Below, in pieces: positions 15,490 through 23,425 of a stretch of 24,032 nt of DNA (within the stretch, counting starts at the first letter, position 1; each line of letters starts with the position of its first letter). The notes beneath the pieces were generated by a model, which saw only the letters and a program-made list of their open reading frames with translations, was not told where the DNA came from and did not search any database. The position numbers and the translations under genes were made by a program. The stretch spans positions 1 through 24,032 of the IMG/VR virus record IMGVR_UViG_3300035208_002853. One strand, 5' to 3'. The DNA is from a virus (Duplodnaviria; Heunggongvirae; Uroviricota; Caudoviricetes).

Positions 15490-18400
15490 TTATTCTCCAT
15501 TCCAAAACGTACCCTTTGCGGTCGCATTCCACTTTCCTCTAATAATCGATCCATACATAGGCAACAATCCTCCGCGGCTCATCATGGCTCCGTAGGTTAT
15601 CTGACCTACATTATCCACGCATTCTATTGAGGAGAATGCGTTTCCAGCCTTGCTGGTCCCATAACTTATATTTGTTATCAAGAACTCTTTGGCCCCTAGT
15701 GTATCGAATCCACCTTCCAATCCTCTCAGTACATTCTTAGACATTTCATCTTCTACATTACCCATCCATAGTATTTGTAACTTTCCCTCTCTAACTTCTA
15801 TATGGCCTCTGTTCATGTAATAGGGATTTAAACAAAACACCAAGGGATTCTTTTGTTCTCCCTTAACTATCGTGTCCACAATCTCTTTATGTCTCCTCGC
15901 AACTACCGCAGACAAATTTAATGTAACTCTCGACGTGCCGTCCTCAAAATTCAAAACATACGAAGTGTTCCCATTACTACTAAACGCCTTATGATCATAA
16001 ACCCATCCAACAGACAATATTGCTTTGTTTTCTACGGACTCAGACTTTAAGTAGTTTAAAGGCTTCCTATGTAAATCATATTGAGTTTTTGGCAGTTCAT
16101 CATACGATCTAGGCCAGGGCAAGGACTTTCTGAGCCTAAACATCTTTTCCTCCTCAGACCAGTCGTCGCTTGTATTCGGTTCTGTAGACCACCTCCACAG
16201 CGTATTCCTAGTGAGTTCCTTTCCCCCTAATAATTGTTTGCGATTCTTCTCTACTGAATCTAAATAACCGACCTCTACGAGCGTTTGGTAAACATTCTTT
16301 TTAATTTTCTTTATCTTATCAAAGTCATCTCCAGCCGCCAAGACCTTTTTGATTTCTTCAGGTCCGATTCCTTTGACTTTGTTTAATCCTAAGTAAATAA
16401 TATTTTTGTCTTTATTGAACGTAGTTAATTCTGATGGAGATTCTACGCTTGGAGGTTTGATTTCTACTCCAGAATCCATCGCTTCTTTTACAAAGGATAA
16501 AGACTGAGTTTCATCGGATTCTACGTTAATTAGAGAGGCATAGAAAGCTAGGGGATAATATAATTTTAACCATGCTGTCCAGTATCCTAGCATAGAATAT
16601 TCAATAGAATGTGCTTCGTTGAAACTATAGCGTCCAAATTCAAGAATTTTGTTGAATAAATTATCAAATTGTGGTTTTGTGAAGCCATTTGATAACGCGC
16701 CCCGGAGCATTTTATCTTCACTTTCTTTAAGCGCTTCTCGACCCTTTGACTTTGCCACCAGCTTCATTTCCCGCTCACTTTCCACCAAAGAGAAATTTCC
16801 AATTTGATGGTAGATTTGCATAATCTGTTCTTGATAACAAATAATTCCATAGGTGTCCTTCGTGATCGACTCAAGTGTTGGATGATCGTAGTTCCACTCT
16901 TTTCCTCCCTTTCGATCTACATAATCAAATGACATCCCAGAGTTAAGAGGTCCTGGACGACACAAAGCATTCACGGCTACTAAGTCATTAAACTTGTCGG
17001 GATTTAGCTTCCTCAAATAGTCTGTCACTAATTGAGAACCAAATTGGAATATTCCAGCGGTTTTACTTGACTTAAGAAGTTCAAATATTTTAGGATCAGC
17101 ATAATCCTCTGGTAAAACATCCCATTCTAATCCAGAGGATTTTAACGCTCCGTCGATGACATCTAGGACGGAGATTCCTAGGACATCGAACTTGATTATA
17201 CCCAAACTTTCCAACATATCCTTTTCAAAACTTGCGGCGAGGCAATTTTTGATATCTCCTTTGTCATATATTTCTGTTGGGATAGTGCTTTCTAGATCCT
17301 TACAAATTACTACTCCTGCGGCATGAAGTCCTACGTGTCTAATTTTGCCTTTGAGTTTTATAGATGCATCTATTACTTGGGGGTACTTTTTCGCGAACTC
17401 TGCGGCGGTTTCTGAAGTAAGAATTATATCTTCGATTTTAAGGTTCTCTGCGGTCTTAGTGGAGAGTTCTTTGTTGAATTTATTTACCTCGGAAAGGGGA
17501 ACGTCATAAATTCTGGCTACATCCTTAATTGCGGATTTATCAGACCACTCGTTAAACGTCATAATATAGGACACGTTGGTTGGTCCATATTTGAGCCTGA
17601 GACTTCCAATTATACTTCCCCTTTTCTCGGCGCTGAAATCCATATCAATATCAGGAGTCCGTGTAGGTGAAAGGAATCTCTCCCATAAAGTATTAAATCT
17701 TAGTGGATCGACTCGTGTAATTTTTAATAAATATGCAAGTAGAGAACCGCCAACCGATCCTCTTCCTGGACCCCTTGGAATATTATGGGAATCTGCGTAG
17801 TCTGTCATATGCATAACTTTATCAAAATAATTAAAAAATTTTCTAGATGTAAGGAGATCTATTTCTTTTGTTATTCTTTCGTTTACTATTTGTGGATCAT
17901 ATCCGTTCTTTTTGGTATAACCTTCAACATCTATTCTATCTAAAATCTTTTGTCGGGCTTTCTCTTCATTTCCAGGCAAAGTATCCCCTAGATTTGACGG
18001 TAATTCAAAAGTGCATTTGCTAGCTACCTCTAAAGTATTAGCAAATAACTCTTCTCTTATGGGGTATATTTTTGGGTGATTCGATTTCAACAAGGACTCT
18101 ATTTGGTCGCAAGTTAAATTACAAAATGTGTCATCAGAGAACCCAATTTTATCTGTAATCTTTTTTCTCCATTCGTTCGCTTTTACGAGATCGTGATAAT
18201 GTTTATCCTCTGGAGAGTTGTAGTGGGAGTCGGTAGTGATTATTGGTTTAATATTATACTTTCTTGCTATATTAATTATATATTCATTAAATCTTATTTG
18301 TTCCTCCATTCGATTCGGCATTAGTTCCATATAAAGATCTTCTCCGAACGCCGCTTGAAGTTTTTGTATTATAGGCTCAGGATCATCTCCTCTTTTCCAT

Positions 18401-19476
18401 CTTTGGGCTACCGTTCCACTAATACATGCGGTGCTACAAATTAAACCTTCTGAATGCTTACAAACTTCGTCTAGAGGAATCTTTTGGAATACTTTATTGA
18501 AAACTTTATGGACATGTTCTTTTGCAATCGTATGTAATTTTAGTAGATTCTTATATCCAATCTCGTTTTTAACAAGAAGAACGAGATGACTTTGTTTTTT
18601 CTCAGATTCCTCTATATAGGCTTCTAGTCCAATAATGGGTTTAATTCCTTTTTTCTTCAGGGCATTTTGAAAGTAAGGGAGACCGGAAAGAGATCCGTGA
18701 TCTGTTATGGCACACGCTTTGAAGCCTTTCTGCGACAAATCTTCTGCTAATTCATCTTCTGTACGGAAAACATCTCCCACAGATCCGTGTTCAGTGTGTA
18801 CGTGCAAAGGCGCATATCTTTGCATTCCCAACGGAAAAGGTTTGGTTGACTGAGGTCCATTCGGAATTGGAGATCTCAGAGGACTTGGAAGGGGATCGGT
18901 TATTGATTGTTCTGCTGGAGCTTCAATACGTGTCGATCCATCTTCAAGAAAAAAGTTTACACGCTCGAAGGATTTCACGTAATCCTCAATTTTTACAGCT
19001 CCGCGCAGGCAGTAAGACGGATGATATAATCCGACAAACCTTCTGCCGCTATCGTCTTTTAGGGTTTGTCCAATCGCTTCCGAGATTTTTTTGGCAGGGA
19101 AGAAGAAGTTTAGAGCGGTAGCTCCGAGGCACACGATGAGTTCTGGATTTAGCAATTCTAACTGTTGCTCCAGCCAGGGCTTGCACGCGGCGATCTCTTC
19201 TGACGTTGGTTTTCTGTTTTCTGGCGGGCGGCATTTTAAAATATTGAGAATGCAAAAATCTTTAATCCCATTTTCCGATATGCAGCGATCCAGTAACATT
19301 CCAGAGCGGCCCACAAATGGCTTCCCTGCGGCGTCTTCGGCCTCACCCGGAGCTTCCCCCAAAATTACTATTTTCGGAGTCTGCGAACCGCGTCCGACGA
19401 CAACGTTTTTTCTTGATTCGCAGAGTCCACATTTTTTACACGATTTGATTTCTTGAGATAGAATTTTTAGATCCAA
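15490..19476 (-). CDS. dnaE: Fusion of family-4 uracil-DNA glycosylase and DNA polymerase III alpha (family C, DnaE-like)
   Basis: Residues 1-175 form the UDG: CxxCxLC, GEAPG, FVGRSG, KCRPPENR and YHPSY. A Pro-rich linker follows. PHP motifs are HVHT, ITDHG, GLEAY and TDSHY. The polymerase core has GPGRGSVGGSL, PDIDMDF, HAAGVVI, KFDVLG, YQEQIM and YSFNEAH, followed by HhH and OB regions. Confidence 0.95.
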   Translation of the reverse strand: MDLKILSQEIKSCKKCGLCESRKNVVVGRGSQTPKIVILGEAPGEAEDAAGKPFVGRSGMLLDRCISENGIKDFCILNILKCRPPENRKPTSEEIAACKPWLEQQLELLNPELIVCLGATALNFFFPAKKISEAIGQTLKDDSGRRFVGLYHPSYCLRGAVKIEDYVKSFERVNFFLEDGSTRIEAPAEQSITDPLPSPLRSPIPNGPQSTKPFPLGMQRYAPLHVHTEHGSVGDVFRTEDELAEDLSQKGFKACAITDHGSLSGLPYFQNALKKKGIKPIIGLEAYIEESEKKQSHLVLLVKNEIGYKNLLKLHTIAKEHVHKVFNKVFQKIPLDEVCKHSEGLICSTACISGTVAQRWKRGDDPEPIIQKLQAAFGEDLYMELMPNRMEEQIRFNEYIINIARKYNIKPIITTDSHYNSPEDKHYHDLVKANEWRKKITDKIGFSDDTFCNLTCDQIESLLKSNHPKIYPIREELFANTLEVASKCTFELPSNLGDTLPGNEEKARQKILDRIDVEGYTKKNGYDPQIVNERITKEIDLLTSRKFFNYFDKVMHMTDYADSHNIPRGPGRGSVGGSLLAYLLKITRVDPLRFNTLWERFLSPTRTPDIDMDFSAEKRGSIIGSLRLKYGPTNVSYIMTFNEWSDKSAIKDVARIYDVPLSEVNKFNKELSTKTAENLKIEDIILTSETAAEFAKKYPQVIDASIKLKGKIRHVGLHAAGVVICKDLESTIPTEIYDKGDIKNCLAASFEKDMLESLGIIKFDVLGISVLDVIDGALKSSGLEWDVLPEDYADPKIFELLKSSKTAGIFQFGSQLVTDYLRKLNPDKFNDLVAVNALCRPGPLNSGMSFDYVDRKGGKEWNYDHPTLESITKDTYGIICYQEQIMQIYHQIGNFSLVESEREMKLVAKSKGREALKESEDKMLRGALSNGFTKPQFDNLFNKILEFGRYSFNEAHSIEYSMLGYWTAWLKLYYPLAFYASLINVESDETQSLSFVKEAMDSGVEIKPPSVESPSELTTFNKDKNIIYLGLNKVKGIGPEEIKKVLAAGDDFDKIKKIKKNVYQTLVEVGYLDSVEKNRKQLLGGKELTRNTLWRWSTEPNTSDDWSEEEKMFRLRKSLPWPRSYDELPKTQYDLHRKPLNYLKSESVENKAILSVGWVYDHKAFSSNGNTSYVLNFEDGTSRVTLNLSAVVARRHKEIVDTIVKGEQKNPLVFCLNPYYMNRGHIEVREGKLQILWMGNVEDEMSKNVLRGLEGGFDTLGAKEFLITNISYGTSKAGNAFSSIECVDNVGQITYGAMMSRGGLLPMYGSIIRGKWNATAKGTFWNGE

Positions 19477-19489
19477 CTTAAATCATCAC

Positions 19490-20275
19490 CTAAATAATTT
19501 TTCCTTCGCTTTCACTAAATCGGTTGCAATTATCGTTAAAACATTCTAGAGAATATGTTTCTTTTAATTCTTTGGGCCACCCCATTTTATTCCATTTGGA
19601 TAATAATTTGGTTGAATCCGTTTCCCCATTGCGCCTCATTTCAGCCCCATTATGTCCTATATGTCCAACACAAAGATGTATTAAACTTTGATCGCCACAG
19701 ACTCTACAAGGACCAAAGAATTCATAGGCCGCTTTCCAAAGTTTTATTTGGCGTTTTTGAGACAAAGATATCTCCGACTTTGATAAATTAAAATACCCGC
19801 GCCGCTTCACTCCGCAATTGCAATTGTAATCCAAAACCCGCAATCTCCTTCTAATTTCGGTTTCTTCGGGCCAAACCGTTTTATTCCAATATTGAATCAT
19901 CCCGTAAACGTAGTTTTCCCCATAAACTTCTCTGTCGTGTTTAGAGTCATTGTTTATGTGGTCGAAGGTTAAATACTTTTTGTTTGATTCTCCGCACATA
20001 ACACATTCATAACCCAATATATCGAATAGCTTATTTCTTAGCTTTTCGTTGTATTTTCTTTGATACTCAATTATTGATTTATGATTTTGGGATCTATATT
20101 CTTCTTCTTTTCCCCTGGTCTTGTCATAGTTTATCCATCGATTTATTGTCCCAACAGCGCAATTGCATTCTATCGCTATTTGTCTCTGGCTTTTTCCTAG
20201 TCGCATTTGTTTGTCCAACCAATCTTTATTTTTATATGGTTTTGCTCCGCTAAGTAACAAATAAAGTCCTCCCAA
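19490..20275 (-). CDS. Tandem double-HNH endonuclease, copy 3, with N-terminal HTH
   Basis: HTH (SQRQIAIECNCAVGTINRWI), then CVMCG..LTFDHINND..LDYNCNC and GPCRVCG..VGHIGHNG..LECFNDNC. Confidence 0.85.
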   Translation of the reverse strand: MGGLYLLLSGAKPYKNKDWLDKQMRLGKSQRQIAIECNCAVGTINRWINYDKTRGKEEEYRSQNHKSIIEYQRKYNEKLRNKLFDILGYECVMCGESNKKYLTFDHINNDSKHDREVYGENYVYGMIQYWNKTVWPEETEIRRRLRVLDYNCNCGVKRRGYFNLSKSEISLSQKRQIKLWKAAYEFFGPCRVCGDQSLIHLCVGHIGHNGAEMRRNGETDSTKLLSKWNKMGWPKELKETYSLECFNDNCNRFSESEGKII

Positions 20276-20290
20276 AAAAGTTATAGCTAG

Positions 20291-22300
20291 TTAAATAGAA
20301 TTAATCCGTTCTTCCGCCATTTTACAATAATCTGCGTTCAGATCTATCCCCACGAAATCCCGGCCCAACTTCTTGGAAACCACGCCTACAGTCCCACTTC
20401 CCATAAATGGATCTAATATCAAGCAAGGTTCAGGATCTCCCCAGGCGCAGTCCAGAATACATGAGCAGGTCTGTTGCCATCCTACGGTTTTAGATTCTGC
20501 GGGAGATAGCATAGTTCCACTAGCTTGAGTCCTTCCAAATTCTCCCATTTGCGCCATTCTATCTGTCTTTCGAATAACCATTGGTTTCTTAAGAAGAATT
20601 CTCTTGTATGGAGCATTACATGCGGGACAGCAACCTTTTTCGGAAGTGGACGATTTGATAGGATTTAGAAGTAATTCTTCACAAAATGTCGCAAAATGCG
20701 CCGACTTAAAGGGCTTCGTTACAAGGGTCCAAACCGAACGGAGGTTGCGCTTACTGGTACAATATTGACTGAGACGCCCACGAGACGTTTGTCCATTTGG
20801 CGTATTTTCTCTTGCAGAGCCAGATAGTTTGCCCGTCGTGTAATTCCCTGATTTTCCCGGTCTAGTGTCTTCTGGATTTTTGCGTCCTTCCTTCACCGCC
20901 TCTCCATCATAAAAATACTTCTTACTTTTCGTGAACATAAACAAGTATTCATGACTTTTTGATGGGCGATCAACTACCGACTCAGGCATTGAATTCCCCA
21001 CATATAATCCCAGGTTCTCAATGAGTGCTTCTATTTTATTTTGATCAATTCCAATTTCTATGCCAGCATTATAGATCTGAGAAGTCAGTTCTTTTTGTCC
21101 ACTCACTCCCTTGGCCCAGATAATGTCTGACCGGAGCCACCAGCCGTCGTCTCTAAGAGCGAAAGCTACGAGCCAGGGAATTCCGATGAGATCTTTGGGT
21201 TTAATAGATATATTTATATAGTTTGTGGTATTATATGGCTGAATATATGGAAGGTTCAACCATGACGAAACAAGCGAATAGTATCTGGAAATGCATCGAA
21301 TGTGGTCGCACAGTTCCTCGAAGGACGAAAAGGTGTCCCGAGTGTCACAAGGCGTTTCTAAAGATCCGACCGACTTACGTTCGAACTCCCGAGCACAAAC
21401 GGCTAATGAGCGAAGTAACGACAGGAAAACCAAAAGCGTATCCTTCGGCTTCAACTCGCCCAGAAGTGGCGGAACGTATTCGTTTGGCTTGGACTCCTGA
21501 AATGAAAGAATCTGCTCGATTGCGGGGATTAGCGTTTGCGCTCGATCCAAACTGGCGTTTAATGATTGCCGAATCTGTTTCCGGAGAGAAAAATCCTCGA
21601 TGGGAAGATGGTCGGGCAGTTTTACCTTATTCACCAGGTTTTGCTGGCAAAGTAAGGCAACTTGTTCATGAGCGAGACGGAGAGTGTTGTCAGAAATGTG
21701 GTTCCACCAAAAATTTATGCGTTCACCACATGGACTTTCAGAAAAATGATCACGATCTGGGAAACTTGGTTCTCCTCTGTCGGAAGTGTCACACGGGAAC
21801 GCATTTAGAGCATAAGAACGGTCATGTTTAGACCTCCCGTTTGTTCTGTTAACTCCGCCCGTGTTTTTATGATTGCTATACCCCGCGCCGCAATAAGAAT
21901 CTCCTAAATTTAAAAATAGGATTCCGTCGTCTCTCAGAGTCCTTTTTACCTCTCTAAATACTTCTACGAGATTAGTCACGTATTCGTCTGGCGTAGCCTC
22001 TAATCCGAGTTGAAAATCCTCATATGTGGCTCCACACTTAGAACATGTTGGGGATGGGAACTCGGACGGATAACTATTTGTTGTGTTTTTAGCATTGGGT
22101 CCAGATCCACCTCTCCCGTTCCTCGCTGGAATTGTATCGTGAACGCAATCTTGCGATCCTCCGATCCATTTTCCGGTATTGTACGATCTTAAGCCAAAAA
22201 ATGGCGGACTCGTTATGCAACATTGAAACACTTTGTCTGGAAAAGTCTTTAAAACGTCCAAAGAATTGCCACAATAAATTTTATTTCGCTCCATACTCAT
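20291..22300 (-). CDS. Beta-class N4-C/N6-A DNA methyltransferase carrying a ~205-codon in-frame insertion
   Basis: Motif IV (CITSPPF) is N-terminal and motif I (ILDPFMGSGT) C-terminal. Family segments are LNLGDSY, KPKDLIGIPW, SDIIWAK, MPESVVDRP..SHEY, RNLRSVW and HFATF. Confidence 0.92.
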   Translation of the reverse strand: MSMERNKIYCGNSLDVLKTFPDKVFQCCITSPPFFGLRSYNTGKWIGGSQDCVHDTIPARNGRGGSGPNAKNTTNSYPSEFPSPTCSKCGATYEDFQLGLEATPDEYVTNLVEVFREVKRTLRDDGILFLNLGDSYCGAGYSNHKNTGGVNRTNGRSKHDRSYALNAFPCDTSDRGEPSFPDRDHFSESPCGERINFWWNHISDNTLRLAHEQVALLCQQNLVNKVKLPDHLPIEDFSLRKQIRQSLNASLDRAQTLIPAIEQILSFQESKPNEYVPPLLGELKPKDTLLVFLSLLRSLAVCAREFERKSVGSLETPCDTRDTFSSFEELCDHIRCISRYYSLVSSWLNLPYIQPYNTTNYINISIKPKDLIGIPWLVAFALRDDGWWLRSDIIWAKGVSGQKELTSQIYNAGIEIGIDQNKIEALIENLGLYVGNSMPESVVDRPSKSHEYLFMFTKSKKYFYDGEAVKEGRKNPEDTRPGKSGNYTTGKLSGSARENTPNGQTSRGRLSQYCTSKRNLRSVWTLVTKPFKSAHFATFCEELLLNPIKSSTSEKGCCPACNAPYKRILLKKPMVIRKTDRMAQMGEFGRTQASGTMLSPAESKTVGWQQTCSCILDCAWGDPEPCLILDPFMGSGTVGVVSKKLGRDFVGIDLNADYCKMAEERINSI
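21207..21223 (+). promoter_or_regulatory. TATA promoter for the nested HNH gene, embedded in the methyltransferase coding sequence
   Basis: GATATATTTATATAGTT matches the genome's promoter consensus. A GGAAGG SD-like sequence at 21249-21254 precedes ATG 21262. Confidence 0.6.
21262..21831 (+). CDS. HNH endonuclease nested antisense inside the methyltransferase gene (track start 21223; likely start 21262)
   Basis: N-terminal Zn ribbon (CIECG..CPEC), NUMOD3-like SGEKNPRWEDG, and HNH core RDGECCQKCG..LCVHHMD..NLVLLCRKCHTGTH. Confidence 0.92.
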   Translation: MTKQANSIWKCIECGRTVPRRTKRCPECHKAFLKIRPTYVRTPEHKRLMSEVTTGKPKAYPSASTRPEVAERIRLAWTPEMKESARLRGLAFALDPNWRLMIAESVSGEKNPRWEDGRAVLPYSPGFAGKVRQLVHERDGECCQKCGSTKNLCVHHMDFQKNDHDLGNLVLLCRKCHTGTHLEHKNGHV

Positions 22301-22795
22301 CTCTTCTCCAAATTTAGCCTTTTAGCTTTATGATATACAGAATGGTCCTTTCTCCCTAGATGTTCCCCTATCTCTCCCGCTGTCATTGTGAGATAATTAT
22401 TTTTCAAATAATCTATATCTTCAGGAGACCAACTAGAGTTTCTTTTTCTCCGAAGTCCTAAACTACTTGCCTTTAGTATTATTCCTTCCTTTTTCCTCCC
22501 CAGCACAAAACTCATTTCTTCCCAAGAGGTCGTAGCGTAACTTCTTTTAAGATATTCTATATCTTCCGAACTAAAATGTTTTAAATACTCTAAATTAGTT
22601 CCATTCAGTCCCAATTCATCAATTCTTTTTTCAATTTGAGATTCCGATCGGCCCCAGAGTTTATTTTGAATAGAGTTTCTTTTAACTCCTCTAACAGGGA
22701 TCTTTCCATAAAATTCTTTTAAGATATCGTCTTCTTCTGTCGTAAACTTGTCGGGTATAAAAATCTCTCCTAATATTCGGTCTTTCAGACCTCAT
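22297..22795 (-). CDS. Protein with three Myb/homeodomain-like HTH repeats; the 5' end needs a +1 frameshift or an ATA start (22758)
   Basis: Repeats are FTTEEDDILKEFY..LWGRS, FSSEDIEYLKRSY..LGRK and WSPEDIDYLKNNY..LGRK. The frame is open well upstream of the track's TTG at 22614 but contains no ATG. Confidence 0.65.
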
Positions 22796-22947
22796 CTACC
22801 ATATCTAGTCGTCAGAATCCTTTCTAGGGCCACCGCAATTCTTACTAATGAATCACAATTCTCCCTCATCATGCAACTTTCTTTTTTCGGAATATAGGCC
22901 ATACATTTTCCCAGAATACATTCATCGTTTATTTTAGGACAAAACAC
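22792..22947 (-). CDS. Small Cys-rich hypothetical protein, 51 aa, not in the track
   Basis: Hand translation from GTG: MFCPKINDECILGKCMAYIPKKESCMMRENCDSLVRIAVALERILTTRYGR*. It has a GAGGAGG SD upstream. Confidence 0.55.
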   Translation of the reverse strand: MFCPKINDECILGKCMAYIPKKESCMMRENCDSLVRIAVALERILTTRYGR

Positions 22948-23425
22948 CAAGAAATTCAGCCTCCTCTTTTGTTAAATCGATCTGTTGATCAAGAAGTGAT
23001 TTTGATTTATTTGCTAGTTCTATTCCATGTTTACATTCCTTAATAAACCTTTCGACCGCTCTAATAGGAGAAATGTATGTGGGATGATCCCAAGGGAAGC
23101 GAACAAAGAATTTATCGGCCTCATATTTATAATATATACAAAGGTAAGGATCTTTTATTTCGGTTTTCCATAACCGAATATTTATTCCGCTTTGCTTCAG
23201 GAGTTTTAAAACTTTCAGCGCCTTTCCCGCGTTTAAAATATCGTTGTTTATATTTTGAATTATACATAGATGATTTCTTGGAAGAATCTCGCTGTAATTT
23301 TCTTCTATCTTAAACTCAAGGGTATCCAATATTTCTATAGATTTTTGGATCAACTCTCGTCGAGGAATGGTCTTTTCAATATCTGTAAACGGAGGAGTTT
23401 TCTTAAAAAGAGAGAATAGGAACAT
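22934..23425 (-). CDS. Hypothetical protein, 163 aa
   Basis: GGAGG SD; abuts the upstream ORF. Confidence 0.6.
   Translation of the reverse strand: MFLFSLFKKTPPFTDIEKTIPRRELIQKSIEILDTLEFKIEENYSEILPRNHLCIIQNINNDILNAGKALKVLKLLKQSGINIRLWKTEIKDPYLCIYYKYEADKFFVRFPWDHPTYISPIRAVERFIKECKHGIELANKSKSLLDQQIDLTKEEAEFLGVLS

Noticed and set aside
15490-19476. Intein in the polymerase
   Set aside because: The length is explained by UDG, linker and DnaE domains, and no intein motifs interrupt the core motifs.
7301-19791. Other overlapping track ORFs, e.g. 7301-7525, 7671-7931, 8866-9099, 8957-9181, 10868-11107, 12214-12486, 13660-13940, 14730-14972, 15421-15630, 17576-17800, 18846-19456 and 19555-19791
   Set aside because: They are antisense or alternate-frame by-products of real genes with no independent evidence.
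21200-21840. Methyltransferase insert as an intein or intron
   Set aside because: There are no intein splicing motifs in the MTase frame, the endonuclease is on the opposite strand, and I saw no group I/II core or bulge-helix-bulge pairing. Splicing is not formally excluded without RNA data.
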